In this document: one piece after another, positions 1 to 9,594 of the stretch
Layout: each line of letters opens with the position of its first letter
Position numbering within the stretch: the first letter of the stretch is position 1
Origin: a virus
Taxonomy: Duplodnaviria > Caudoviricetes
Strand: one strand, 5' to 3'
Virus record (IMG/VR): IMGVR_UViG_3300034170_000057
DNA length: 64,000 nucleotides
Notes under the pieces: generated by a model
Told to the model about the DNA's origin: nothing
Database searches by the model: none
The model's input: the letters and a program-made list of their open reading frames with translations, nothing else
Translations under genes and position numbers: made by a program

Positions 1-228
1 TTGAAAGATAAAATCCGTGAGGATATGCCGGAGTACGTCGCGGCTATCGAAAAGATCACGAAGGCTGCGGTAGAAGACAAAGAATCCTACGTGGATTTCA
101 TGGATCACGAATTGCCAGATGCAGTACGCGAACGGCTGTCCGAAGACGGCTACAACTGGTACTACAATAAATTTCTCGACTACTGCTTCCGCGTGTACGG
201 CTGGGCCGGTGATGTGGAGCATCCGTAA
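1..228 (+). CDS. hypothetical protein (may extend beyond window start)
   Basis: 75-aa ORF, stop overlaps next ATG (TAATG). Confidence 0.7.
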   Translation: MKDKIREDMPEYVAAIEKITKAAVEDKESYVDFMDHELPDAVRERLSEDGYNWYYNKFLDYCFRVYGWAGDVEHP

Positions 229-425
229 TGGCGACCGCAATATGGCGAACGCCTGAGAGTCCACCGGAAGTCGGCGGCGATTATCTGGTTACTCTCATGA
301 CAGGTAAAGTCGAAATGGCCCGTTACGATAAAGGCTGCAATCGCTGGGCACAGGATTGGATGGGCCATTGGGAAACGGTTGGTATTTTGGCTTGGGATTA
401 TATGCCGGAAGGATACAAAAAATGA
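228..425 (+). CDS. DUF551-like small phage protein
   Basis: W..PE.GGDYLV ... W ... V..ILAWDYMPE pattern typical of DUF551. Confidence 0.6.
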   Translation: MATAIWRTPESPPEVGGDYLVTLMTGKVEMARYDKGCNRWAQDWMGHWETVGILAWDYMPEGYKK

Positions 426-970
426 CATTTGATGCAAGCGAGTTTATCAAAGGTGATTCGTTGCGCGAACGCTGCGTTTCCCTGCTGCGTGGCCTGAACT
501 TCAATGAAGAGTTTTGCGACGGGTTATCGTTCCAAGACAACGGCGATATTTTCGACCACGCTTTGGATCGCGTAACCGGCAGCTACAAGCTGGTTGACGA
601 TGGTTTGCCTGTGATCGGCTTCCATTCCAATATGCGCACCGGCTACGTCATGGGCCAGCGCGTGGTGGATGGCGTACCTCGTTTCTTCCCGACCCTGTGT
701 CAGCGTGACGAAATCGGAATCGACATTCGAGAACATCATGCTACGCCAGAACTGCATGCTTTTCTGATGGGGGAATTGCTCACGCAGTACGACGGCAAAC
801 CCGGTTATAAAATTCGTGAGAATTCAAAACCGTTCTTTCAGGGCGGTGCCCACGATCCGCACGGCAAATGGTTCTATATCGAGTTCTTGGGGCGCAAAGA
901 CATTTACAAAACCGTGCGCTGGATTAACGAAAACTTCCGGCAACCGGAGGCACCAAATGCAAATGGATAA
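422..970 (+). CDS. hypothetical protein
   Basis: ATGA overlap with previous stop; start moved from 356 to 422. Confidence 0.7.
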   Translation: MTFDASEFIKGDSLRERCVSLLRGLNFNEEFCDGLSFQDNGDIFDHALDRVTGSYKLVDDGLPVIGFHSNMRTGYVMGQRVVDGVPRFFPTLCQRDEIGIDIREHHATPELHAFLMGELLTQYDGKPGYKIRENSKPFFQGGAHDPHGKWFYIEFLGRKDIYKTVRWINENFRQPEAPNANG

Positions 971-1235
971 ATACGTGCCATTCAATCCGAACATCATGCC
1001 GAACGGTGATAAGCGTCTGATCACTTTCGAGGATGAAATCTGCATCGCATACGCGCTCTTTGATGCAGGCTTCGAACCTTGCTGGTCGCACGACTACTCC
1101 GACAACCTAATCTGCGGCTACGGTGATTCTCCGCACGGCTTCAAATACGAATTGGTTGTCACCGATTGTGAGGATATTTCCAAGGGCATTTTGCCTTGGA
1201 GTGAAGTCAAAGGGAAGTTGGAGATTTACCGATGA
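957..1235 (+). CDS. hypothetical protein
   Basis: GGAGG at 946-950 before ATG 957. Confidence 0.7.
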   Translation: MQMDKYVPFNPNIMPNGDKRLITFEDEICIAYALFDAGFEPCWSHDYSDNLICGYGDSPHGFKYELVVTDCEDISKGILPWSEVKGKLEIYR

Positions 1236-2317
1236 TTTTCTTTTATGTGTTTGTCGCTATCATGGTCGCGCTTTACTGGTGGCGCAGGGTGCATGATTTA
1301 TCGGCAGTCGCTATGGGATTGATAGTCAGCCTGATCGTGGCCTGTGCATCATTCTACGGGCCTATGTATTGGCAGGCGTCCGACCTCGAATTACTGAGCG
1401 GTTCCGTAGCTGAGAAAAAGCGTGTGTATGATCCGGAAACGGAAACGTACAACTGCGGTACGGATTCGAAAGGTAATGCGCAGACCTGCACCCGGCAAAT
1501 TCCACGCTGGCGCTGGGATGTGGTTTCGGATATCGACGGCGATAAATTCAGTGAATACACGCACCAGTCGATTCGCAGTCCTGAGATTTATTCCCGTGCG
1601 CAAGTCGGTGATCCTTATACGGCTTCACACCGCTTTCTGAATTTCCAGAACGTGAGTGAACAGTCGGTGCTGCTAGACCGGGAATCTGCCGGGGAATACG
1701 TTGGATGGTTGCCGGATTATCCGCAAGTTTATTCCGGCTACAAAGTGCAGCGTGGTTTCTCCACAAGTCCGCTGGTTGACCAACGCGATTTGTCACGCAT
1801 GCTCAACGAGGCACAAAAGCGCTGGGGGCCAATGCACGGCGTAAACGTGATGGTCATTGTGATCGGCCCACAAGCAGACGCCAACAAGTTTTTCTATGCA
1901 CTGAAAAGTAAGTGGAAAGGCGGTAAGAAAAACGATGCGGTATTGATCGTGCGTGTGGACGAAGCGGGCACGATGACAAACACCAATTCGTTTAGCCGGT
2001 CGGCGGATGATCTGACCAACGAAGAAGGTTTGGCGTTCACCACAATGCTGCATGTAAACGCGATGAAAACTTTCACGCCAGCGGAAAAGAAATTCAATCC
2101 TGAATTAATCATTGCTTCCATCGACAAGTCGCTAGCGTATTTCAAACGCGAAGACCTTGGGCGCTATGACTTCCTGAAGGATGAATACATGCCGCCATAT
2201 TGGATGGTTGCACTGTCGTTAATCGCTGTAGTGCTGTCCGGTTCGTTAACTGTAAATCAAATAGTAGGCCGTCGTAGCGCCTATGGTCGCCGCCACCGTA
2301 AGTTCGGCTTTATCTAA
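1232..2317 (+). CDS. membrane protein with TPM-like periplasmic domain
   Basis: two N-terminal and one C-terminal TM segments; VNVMVIVI...KWKGGKKNDAVLIV resembles the TPM core. Confidence 0.55.
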   Translation: MIFFYVFVAIMVALYWWRRVHDLSAVAMGLIVSLIVACASFYGPMYWQASDLELLSGSVAEKKRVYDPETETYNCGTDSKGNAQTCTRQIPRWRWDVVSDIDGDKFSEYTHQSIRSPEIYSRAQVGDPYTASHRFLNFQNVSEQSVLLDRESAGEYVGWLPDYPQVYSGYKVQRGFSTSPLVDQRDLSRMLNEAQKRWGPMHGVNVMVIVIGPQADANKFFYALKSKWKGGKKNDAVLIVRVDEAGTMTNTNSFSRSADDLTNEEGLAFTTMLHVNAMKTFTPAEKKFNPELIIASIDKSLAYFKREDLGRYDFLKDEYMPPYWMVALSLIAVVLSGSLTVNQIVGRRSAYGRRHRKFGFI

Positions 2318-2336
2318 CTCAAGGAAACTGGAAATA

Positions 2337-2942
2337 ATGAAATCGAAACAACGTGGTGCTATCTCGATTACCGGGATTGTTGTACTGGTTGTAATCGTGC
2401 TGCTGGGCCTGTGGGCTGTCGGTATCAATAACACGGTCGTGCGTCAGGAAGCCGGGATCGTCGGCGCCAACAAATCGCGTCAAGCGGTGCTGTCGAACCT
2501 TAGTCAGAAGGTGCAAGAAGCTATCGGCGTGCAGGACATGAACGTCGAGAACATTCGCAAAACCGTGAACGAACAAATCAAGTTGCGTTCCGGTGCGGAA
2601 GGCATGAAAGCAACTGTGCTTTTCTTGCGTGAAAACAATATCCCGGCTTCGCAGGAACTGGCGATGAAAATCGTGAACCTGATCGACCAAGGCCGTGACA
2701 AATTCACACACGAAGAAAAGATGATGACGGATCGTAAAGTCGGTGCGTGTATGTATCGCGGTCAGTTCCCGAATAACGTCGTGATCGGAATCACTGGCGC
2801 TGCCAAACTGGAAATCGGCTGTAACGATGGCCCGGACAAATACGCACCGCTGATGAACGAACGCACGTCCACCTCATTCGAAACCGGCAAAGACCAAGGC
2901 CTGTACGACATGAAGAAACCTGCTGCACCTGCTGCGCAGTAA
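2337..2942 (+). CDS. LemA-like membrane-anchored helical protein
   Basis: N-terminal TM, then N..V..E..I, helical bundle, GR..F...., ..GQFP..V.G..G ending; AAGGA SD upstream. Confidence 0.6.
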   Translation: MKSKQRGAISITGIVVLVVIVLLGLWAVGINNTVVRQEAGIVGANKSRQAVLSNLSQKVQEAIGVQDMNVENIRKTVNEQIKLRSGAEGMKATVLFLRENNIPASQELAMKIVNLIDQGRDKFTHEEKMMTDRKVGACMYRGQFPNNVVIGITGAAKLEIGCNDGPDKYAPLMNERTSTSFETGKDQGLYDMKKPAAPAAQ

Positions 2943-2950
2943 GTGCAACC

Positions 2951-2972
2951 GGGGAATCCTACGGGGTTCCCC
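2951..2972 (+). terminator. GC-rich hairpin with cUACGg loop (terminator or stabiliser)
   Basis: GGGGAATCC-TACG-GGGTTCCCC, 9 bp with one G-U; only a weak T tail. Confidence 0.6.
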
Positions 2973-2989
2973 TTCTGAGGAAGTGAAAG

Positions 2990-3232
2990 ATGAAAAAGAA
3001 GAAAGCAGAGCCCGTAAATGATTTCGACGATTTCGATATCGTTCGCGGTATCGTAAACCAGACTCGCCAGTTCCCTAAATCGTCTGCGAAATTCATTAAA
3101 GCGCAGATGAAAGAAATTTATCCCGGCGTCACCGATGAACAGTTGGGCCGCTGCTGCAAAATGATCACGGATTCGTGGGCCATTCCAAGCAAGGTACGCC
3201 AATCCAGCAAGGTACAAGGAAAAAACAAATGA
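2990..3232 (+). CDS. hypothetical protein
   Basis: GAGG SD, 80 aa. Confidence 0.7.
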   Translation: MKKKKAEPVNDFDDFDIVRGIVNQTRQFPKSSAKFIKAQMKEIYPGVTDEQLGRCCKMITDSWAIPSKVRQSSKVQGKNK

Positions 3233-3579
3233 CCGATTTCATGATTGGCGTCAAACGCCTTGCGGATGTTCCAGCCTGCCCTCTGTGCGGTTGCAGCACC
3301 GTTAAAGAAACCCGCAAGTGGGCGCAGCATTGCAACGGCCACTGGAACGAATCGTTGGAATTCAATTGCGGGCAAAAATACGAATTCTCCCCGAACTTTA
3401 TGTGTGTTGGCCTTATGTCTGATTGCAAGGAAAACCCTGAATTCAAAGCCCGTGTGAAACTGGTGCAAGCCGTGAAAGCGGAGTTAATCGCCCACGGAAA
3501 AAAGCGCGGACTGTCTGAAGCTGATCAAAAACAGCTGGAAGACAAACTCCAATACTTCAGCGTTTCCACTTGGCACTAA
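3229..3579 (+). CDS. zinc-ribbon-containing hypothetical protein
   Basis: CPLCGC plus further Cys; ATGA overlap; AAGGA SD. Confidence 0.65.
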   Translation: MTDFMIGVKRLADVPACPLCGCSTVKETRKWAQHCNGHWNESLEFNCGQKYEFSPNFMCVGLMSDCKENPEFKARVKLVQAVKAELIAHGKKRGLSEADQKQLEDKLQYFSVSTWH

Positions 3580-3588
3580 GGAATTACC

Positions 3589-4320
3589 ATGGCGCAAGTT
3601 CATTTGTATTACGACCGCAAGCTGGATGAAATCGTCGAAGCGTGGGCAGACTCTCTGACGCCGAACAATGAAGATTTTGTTTTCGTTGATGGCGAGGAAG
3701 GTGACTTCGGCGTGATCCGCTTTTTCGGCAAGGATTTGGACGGTAACGAAAACGTCCACATGATTACGCAGTACATTCGCGGCGGCGATGTAGAGCAGAG
3801 CTATTACACGCTGGCGGGTGCTGACATTGTTCAGAAAATCATGCGTGAGAATTTCGAAACTGTTCTGCGTCGTGAGCTGGAAGAAAATCTCGATCCGGGC
3901 CAAGACGGCGGCATGTCTGTAGGCTTCGTTAAGGCATACGAAGAGGCCGAACAACAGCGCCTATTATCAGGCAAAGAAATCGAAGCTACCCTGCACCAAC
4001 GTTGCGACCAGCTGTTCCCGGATTACTTCGAAGACGGCCAGATTTTCAAATACGGATTTAAGCTGTTTGTGGCACACGTGCTTACACCACCGACTGCACC
4101 CGCACAAATCGCGTTCCGTAATCTGATCAACGAGAAAGAAATGCTCGCCATTAAATTGCATGGCAAAAAAGAAGGTCAGGTTTGCATGCTGATCGGGCAT
4201 ATCGGCTGGCGGCACGGTTTCAATGAGTCGCGCATTTGCGTGATTCAACATGACGAAAAACTGGAAAGCATGTACGTTCCGGTTACACTGCCAATCTCGG
4301 AAGTGAAGGTGGTCGGATGA
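3589..4320 (+). CDS. hypothetical protein
   Basis: AAGGA SD, 243 aa. Confidence 0.75.
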   Translation: MAQVHLYYDRKLDEIVEAWADSLTPNNEDFVFVDGEEGDFGVIRFFGKDLDGNENVHMITQYIRGGDVEQSYYTLAGADIVQKIMRENFETVLRRELEENLDPGQDGGMSVGFVKAYEEAEQQRLLSGKEIEATLHQRCDQLFPDYFEDGQIFKYGFKLFVAHVLTPPTAPAQIAFRNLINEKEMLAIKLHGKKEGQVCMLIGHIGWRHGFNESRICVIQHDEKLESMYVPVTLPISEVKVVG

Positions 4321-4511
4321 TTTGGCTTCTTACCAATCTTTGGATTCTGTTTCCGCTGGCTGTAATCTACATGACCATTTGGTTTTTTATGGGGCATGCG
4401 CGTAAATACCTACAAGGTCGCATTTTCCTAATGTCATTTTTTGTCTACGGCTGGTGCCTGCTTTATGCGTCGGTAGGTGAAGACGTTTTCAACTGGATTC
4501 AGAGACTGTAA
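4317..4511 (+). CDS. small membrane protein
   Basis: two hydrophobic segments, ATGA overlap. Confidence 0.65.
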   Translation: MIWLLTNLWILFPLAVIYMTIWFFMGHARKYLQGRIFLMSFFVYGWCLLYASVGEDVFNWIQRL

Positions 4512-4513
4512 AT

Positions 4514-4762
4514 ATGCGATACCTACAGACAATTCTTTGTGGCGGTCTGCTGTTTGCTTTGATGGGTTTCAGTGACCGTACACAGCCACCGCTTGAAACG
4601 GAAGAGTGGGGAATAACGTTTACGGATTTACAATATATGAAAGCGTTTTCCCGTGCAACAATGGGACTAAGATCCCAGCAGCTACACAGGGACCGGGGCT
4701 GGGGCAGGGACCGGGGAAACCTTGGATACCGACGCGCTACTGGCATGGGTGGACGGCATTGA
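4514..4762 (+). CDS. hypothetical protein with N-terminal hydrophobic segment
   Basis: fills the gap between neighbours; competes with the 4606 frame. Confidence 0.45.
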   Translation: MRYLQTILCGGLLFALMGFSDRTQPPLETEEWGITFTDLQYMKAFSRATMGLRSQQLHRDRGWGRDRGNLGYRRATGMGGRH

Positions 4763-4998
4763 AAGATTATCTCAAAAGCATTACGCGCAAAGCATGGTGG
4801 TTGATTGTCTTTTCAACGATCTACCTGTTGGCTGCCCTGTACTGGTTTGTGTGCGACATTCAGTCCGGCAAGTTTGGTAAAGGCGGGATGATAGATACCC
4901 ACCTCATGCAGTGGCAAATTGTGTGGCTTGTGGTCAGTGCATTGCCGCTAGTTATCCGTCCGCTGGGCGACTGGGTTTTTCAGAGGAACAGAAAATGA
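4759..4998 (+). CDS. membrane protein
   Basis: TTGA overlap start; two TM segments; could start earlier (4606). Confidence 0.55.
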   Translation: MKDYLKSITRKAWWLIVFSTIYLLAALYWFVCDIQSGKFGKGGMIDTHLMQWQIVWLVVSALPLVIRPLGDWVFQRNRK

Positions 4999-5813
4999 AA
5001 TACGAAATTTTCGAAGTAACCAAAGAAGATTTGAAATTCGAAATCGGCCTTATGCACAGCGACCAGCTGACCCACGCCGACGTTGCCGAAACCATGCACA
5101 TCTGTTTGTCCACCACGTTCAATACCACGTTCGACGGCGTGAAAGTTGTGGCTGCGGGTTTCTGTAGTGCTGGCCTGCCTGTGAAATGCTGGGGCCACTC
5201 TGAATCCATAAACATGCACAGCCGTGGCGATATCGACGAACTGGTTTTGATGCAGTCCAATTTGAATTTCGAAAACGTTTACGATTCGGACTTCGACTCG
5301 ATCAACAACGTGCTGCGCAATTTCTCGCAAAGCTGTGGCGCAGCTGTTGGCAATCAGTGGAACAACCAATTCGTGGTCGGCCATGAAATCACCGCCTACA
5401 ATTTGCTGGATGGTGATTTTGTCGAATTCGAAGAGGGTATGCTGCTGCGCTACAAAGGCCCGACCCTGAATGCAAACGGCCAAGCGGCGCATCTGTTTTC
5501 TGTGTCTACTACCTCGAAGTATTCGGCTGATTTCGACGGAATCTATTCTGTTGATTTCCGCATGCTGCGCGGTGTGTTCAAAGACTCGCCACTCATGCGC
5601 CTGCTGGCGAAAATGCAAAGCGGTGTGGTGTTGGTGGACAACGTTCCACAAGTGGTGAACATCACGTCGATTCATGATCCTTTCCCGCTGACGATTGATC
5701 ACGATCAGGTAATTGCGTCCTACATTCCGCTGGGCGGAGGCACGCTTGAACAACAGTTGTTCACCGGCACCATTCAACAAATCGCGAAACACTTCAATCT
5801 GTTGCACGACTGA
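4995..5813 (+). CDS. hypothetical protein, N-terminal KY..AGF..C.G.S.S..SR domain
   Basis: GAGG SD, ATG 4995; domain shared with 43203 and 52558 genes. Confidence 0.7.
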   Translation: MKYEIFEVTKEDLKFEIGLMHSDQLTHADVAETMHICLSTTFNTTFDGVKVVAAGFCSAGLPVKCWGHSESINMHSRGDIDELVLMQSNLNFENVYDSDFDSINNVLRNFSQSCGAAVGNQWNNQFVVGHEITAYNLLDGDFVEFEEGMLLRYKGPTLNANGQAAHLFSVSTTSKYSADFDGIYSVDFRMLRGVFKDSPLMRLLAKMQSGVVLVDNVPQVVNITSIHDPFPLTIDHDQVIASYIPLGGGTLEQQLFTGTIQQIAKHFNLLHD

Positions 5814-6307
5814 TGTTTTTCTCGTATGAAAGCGCATGGCGAGAAATGAAACGCGCCAACGATTGCGGTGGTAGAGCATCCATGTCAAAGCGCTGGTATG
5901 GGTGGGTAGTTGTTGACGATCCTGTTTATGAAATCGAGAAACCGCAAATGAAAATGTACGTCCTGCTTTACCCAAAACCTGCGTGCCTGCGTATCGTTGC
6001 AGAACAGGCCGCACGATACGCACCGAACGCAATTATCACCAAGGCGCAAATCGACCAGTACATCAAATTTCTGGCGGGTAGCGCGTTTAAACTCGAAGGC
6101 TACATCTGCCTGAAAGTTGTGTGCGATGTTTTGCCGAAAGCCTACATGGAACCGGCAGAGGAAATCTTTGTTGCTGACGATCAGAATAATCTGACCAGCT
6201 TCAAATCTCGCCATGCCAAAAAAGATGCGCATCACACGGCCTACGTTGCGCTGCATGAGGTCTACCCGAAACTCACGCTGACCACCGCCGCGAAGAAAGA
6301 GGGCTAA
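5813..6307 (+). CDS. hypothetical protein
   Basis: TGATG overlap, 164 aa. Confidence 0.65.
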   Translation: MFFSYESAWREMKRANDCGGRASMSKRWYGWVVVDDPVYEIEKPQMKMYVLLYPKPACLRIVAEQAARYAPNAIITKAQIDQYIKFLAGSAFKLEGYICLKVVCDVLPKAYMEPAEEIFVADDQNNLTSFKSRHAKKDAHHTAYVALHEVYPKLTLTTAAKKEG

Positions 6308-6308
6308 A

Positions 6309-7088
6309 ATGAAAGTGTTGAAAACGTTGTTGAAAGGCGAAGAACGCTTCGAACTTCTGGAGGCGTTGCGTGCCCTCGGTTTGCGTCTGGTTTTTGTTGC
6401 TGAAACTGGCAGCAAAGCGTGGGGCACGGATACCGAAAATTCCGATCACGATTTCACCGTAGTGGCGCACGATGTTGACTTTGATATCTATCGTTACCCG
6501 CGTGATTCCTTCTCACAGAAAATCACATTCAAAGGTCAGGAATGTGACGTGCGTGTTTTCAGCGTAGCGAAGTTTTTGCGTAAGCTGCAAAAGTCTGTGC
6601 TGGTTGGGTACGAAGCAATCAACTCGCCGTATGTTTATTTCGGCACCGACCGTACCCGCGACACTTTCAAACGTGTCAGTGAGGCGTGCTTTGATCCGCG
6701 TGAAATGTTCCGGTCTATTCTCGGTAGCATGAGCAGCGTCAAACATGAAGACGATGCAAAACGTCGTCGCCAGCTTTTCCGGTACATGTTTATCGCTTTG
6801 CAGTTGAACGATTACCGTAATGGTCGCGGGCAAATGTTCCCGGTTGTTAATATCGAGCAATACCACGGGCTATGTAAATCGCCTGTGTCTGCACAGCAGG
6901 CTATCGGGCGCTTGAATCAGTGGGCCACAGCTGAACTGCCCACCGAGCAGGGAAACGAAAATGCGGATTCCATCGTGAGCATGCTGTTTGGTACGGATTA
7001 TCCGAAGTTGGTCACGCACAAACAAGATGAACACCGCGAATTTCTCAACGCAGCTTTCTACGACCTCATGAGCAGCACTAAACCATGA
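6309..7088 (+). CDS. Pol-beta-fold nucleotidyltransferase (RlaP/NrdC.11, PF10127-like)
   Basis: VAETGSKAWGTDTENSDHDF (GS..G....SD.D) plus third Asp in ECDVRVF. Confidence 0.8.
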   Translation: MKVLKTLLKGEERFELLEALRALGLRLVFVAETGSKAWGTDTENSDHDFTVVAHDVDFDIYRYPRDSFSQKITFKGQECDVRVFSVAKFLRKLQKSVLVGYEAINSPYVYFGTDRTRDTFKRVSEACFDPREMFRSILGSMSSVKHEDDAKRRRQLFRYMFIALQLNDYRNGRGQMFPVVNIEQYHGLCKSPVSAQQAIGRLNQWATAELPTEQGNENADSIVSMLFGTDYPKLVTHKQDEHREFLNAAFYDLMSSTKP

Positions 7089-7420
7089 CTGACCAAACTC
7101 AAGAATTCCCGGTAGTGACCGGCGACCGTATGGCATTCAGTGCCCGTCGCAATTCCATCAAAGCGCTGGTGAAACGCGCCAACCGTATCGGCACGCCCAT
7201 TCCGGAATTTGTGTGGGACGCGCTGAATAATCGCTACCTGCGCAAAATGCTTAATTGGAAAGCGCGCTACAACCGCCAGCGCCAGCATGCCCTGCAATTG
7301 CAAAACAAGCTGACTGAAAAGAACGCCTACATTCTGGAACTGCACGCCGAAATCAAATTACTCGACGAAGGCATTCAGCATATGCAGAAAACCGGCAGTT
7401 CGGATTTCTTCGCCAAGTAA
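7085..7420 (+). CDS. hypothetical coiled-coil protein
   Basis: ATGA overlap, 111 aa. Confidence 0.7.
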   Translation: MTDQTQEFPVVTGDRMAFSARRNSIKALVKRANRIGTPIPEFVWDALNNRYLRKMLNWKARYNRQRQHALQLQNKLTEKNAYILELHAEIKLLDEGIQHMQKTGSSDFFAK

Positions 7421-7434
7421 TTGGGGATCGCAAA

Positions 7435-7731
7435 ATGGCAAAGCCTAGCCTGCTGGCAAAATCACGCCAGACGAAACAAGACGTGGACCTCATTTTCAAC
7501 CAGATTCGTAATGCGCAGACTTTGGCTAAGCAACGGGGATTCATTTCGCCCGTTGTGGAAATAGAAGGTGGGTGGGCGCTAAGCATTTGGGCAAACGGCA
7601 TTCGCCTTGCGCTCATTGAACACGCGAAGGCAGGTAACAGCGTTACCCGTTTCTACGACAAGAAGGGCGCAACCATACGCGTGACCACGGATGGCCCAGT
7701 GCCCGCCGTGCGCCAGTGCTACGCGCTGTAA
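7435..7731 (+). CDS. hypothetical protein
   Basis: GGGGA SD, 98 aa. Confidence 0.65.
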   Translation: MAKPSLLAKSRQTKQDVDLIFNQIRNAQTLAKQRGFISPVVEIEGGWALSIWANGIRLALIEHAKAGNSVTRFYDKKGATIRVTTDGPVPAVRQCYAL

Positions 7732-7740
7732 GGCCGTTAC

Positions 7741-7828
7741 TTGACCAGTAGGCCGACGAATGGTAGTGTGGCGGTTGGCCGAGTTGTGGCCGCCACATAA
7801 GCACTCACGCATTAGAGGAAGTTTAGGT
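7741..7828 (+). promoter_or_regulatory. sigma70-like promoter plus structured leader (cassette copy A)
   Basis: TTGACC-17 nt-TAGTGT with TGn extension; colinear homolog at 26183-26269. Confidence 0.65.
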
Positions 7829-8773
7829 ATGGGACGCAAGGTAATGGATCTGTCGGAAGCTGTAGCCGGTTCGCTGTTGGAACAGGTCGGCCCTCGGAAA
7901 TTCGCAATCGCCGTTATGAATGCAACTGCGCACGGCGGCGTATTGCACGATTGCCACACCGTCGATTTGGATTTCGACCAAGACGACGTAAAGCTGAATG
8001 CGTGGCATGAACAGCTGGAACGTTTGCTGGAAGTCGGCAAGTGGTTGGAACACGTGGACGGTAAAACGCCTGAATTCCTGCGCCACAAAGTCCGACCTGA
8101 TGATGAGTTTAGCGATAGCGATCAGCGCGACGTGGCAGATTTGAGCGTTGACGATCAAACCGTGCAGCAAATCGTGACCCTCGAAAACATCGTGTTCGAA
8201 TTGAGCGGCCACAAAATCCGCATCCTACGCAAAAACAGCGCAAAGACTTCTGTCATTCTGCGCGGTGGGCTGGTGTGGTTTGTTGACGCCGTGCGTGATC
8301 AACTGTCTTCGGACAGCGAGCTTTACGACGTATTCAAATTCGTCGCCCGCTGCATTGCGGAAGACCGTGTGAAAGTGACCCACGAAAACTGGGAATTCAC
8401 CTGCACCGCAGATGGCCGGTTAAACAAGCAGCGCAAACATAAAGGCGACGATGGAAGCGACGGTTTTGAAATCAGTATCGACGATTTGGGCGAACTGATC
8501 GAAGACCGGCTGGGTGTGCATTTCGATATCGTCGTAGGGGAAGCTAACGAAGACTTAATCGTAGAAATGGTTTGCCCGCGTTCGAAATTTATCGAAACCC
8601 TCGACAATTACGTTGAGCGCGTGCGTAGCGTTGGGTATGTGGCCGACTCACTGTTCGACCTGTACGGCCTGATCGTTAAACTGCCGTGTGTGCGCAATCG
8701 TCACGTCGGCGGCCCCGGTTCGGCTCCGATTTCGTCGCGTGTGGCGCGTCGTCGTTTGGAAGCGCTGAGCTAA
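7829..8773 (+). CDS. hypothetical protein
   Basis: ATG 7829 after GAGG; about 314 aa. Confidence 0.75.
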   Translation: MGRKVMDLSEAVAGSLLEQVGPRKFAIAVMNATAHGGVLHDCHTVDLDFDQDDVKLNAWHEQLERLLEVGKWLEHVDGKTPEFLRHKVRPDDEFSDSDQRDVADLSVDDQTVQQIVTLENIVFELSGHKIRILRKNSAKTSVILRGGLVWFVDAVRDQLSSDSELYDVFKFVARCIAEDRVKVTHENWEFTCTADGRLNKQRKHKGDDGSDGFEISIDDLGELIEDRLGVHFDIVVGEANEDLIVEMVCPRSKFIETLDNYVERVRSVGYVADSLFDLYGLIVKLPCVRNRHVGGPGSAPISSRVARRRLEALS

Positions 8774-8783
8774 TCATTCCGTA

Positions 8784-8834
8784 GGGCCATTCGTTTTCTG
8801 AGTGGCCCACTTACTTTAGGGACAATGAAAGATG
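8784..8834 (+). promoter_or_regulatory. hairpin followed by TTAGGGACAATGAAAGATG leader
   Basis: GGGCCATTC/GAGTGGCCC stem; 19-nt leader identical to 36423-36441. Confidence 0.6.
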
Positions 8835-9197
8835 GAAACAGTAACTTTGAACTGGGAAGCACTAAGTGCGCTGCTGCCTGCGTTGGTGGTGTTCTTTGTT
8901 TTGGGCTGCGTGATTTACAAGATCGAGAAAGACCAAAAGCTGGAAAACAAATTGCGGAAACGCACCATCGACGAAATCTACCGCGCAGTTAATCAGGTCA
9001 GCTACCACGGTTCGATTCCCCCGGTCGCGGTAGAGCGCTTTATGTCGTACCTGCAATATCCTGATCCGACATTTGACGCAGCGTCGATCATTCGTCAGGA
9101 ACTGGATAATCAGCTCGGCGGCCCTATGGGCGGTGCAACCATAATCGTCAGCGAATCCCTCAAATACAAAGCGAGGCACGACCAAAATGTTGAATGA
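8832..9197 (+). CDS. membrane-anchored hypothetical protein
   Basis: N-terminal TM segment. Confidence 0.7.
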   Translation: METVTLNWEALSALLPALVVFFVLGCVIYKIEKDQKLENKLRKRTIDEIYRAVNQVSYHGSIPPVAVERFMSYLQYPDPTFDAASIIRQELDNQLGGPMGGATIIVSESLKYKARHDQNVE

Positions 9198-9558
9198 CTA
9201 TCTGGCAAATCACGTTGTGCTGCATTGGTGGCTGTTGGTTTGTGGTGCCCTCGTGTCTTTGGCGATACTGTGGTTTTTCGCCATGTGCTGGCTGGAAATC
9301 GTCAAAGGTTTCGGTCGCGCTGTTGATTTCATGTCGTTTAAAAAGAAAGTCTGCCGTGCGGATGGCACCGAGTATAAATTCCGCATCGGCTTTTTCTTTG
9401 CCTCGTGGTTCAACCTGACCGGCTTCAGCGAAGGCACCACAATCACCGTTCCGACCGGGCACCGTTACCAAGGTTTCCGCAAGCATGTAATTCTCGGCAA
9501 ATTCACCGGGACACAAAACCCAATTCCAGACTTCGACGACGAATCCGACGAAGTTTAA
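9187..9558 (+). CDS. membrane-anchored hypothetical protein
   Basis: N-terminal TM segment, acidic tail. Confidence 0.7.
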   Translation: MLNDYLANHVVLHWWLLVCGALVSLAILWFFAMCWLEIVKGFGRAVDFMSFKKKVCRADGTEYKFRIGFFFASWFNLTGFSEGTTITVPTGHRYQGFRKHVILGKFTGTQNPIPDFDDESDEV

Positions 9559-9594
9559 TTCCGCACTATCCGCCCTTGAACAAGGATCATCAAA

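Noticed and set aside
4606-4758. N-terminal extension of the 4759 membrane gene
   Set aside because: It overlaps 4514-4762 throughout, and the TTGA-coupled start at 4759 fits the local pattern better; not excluded
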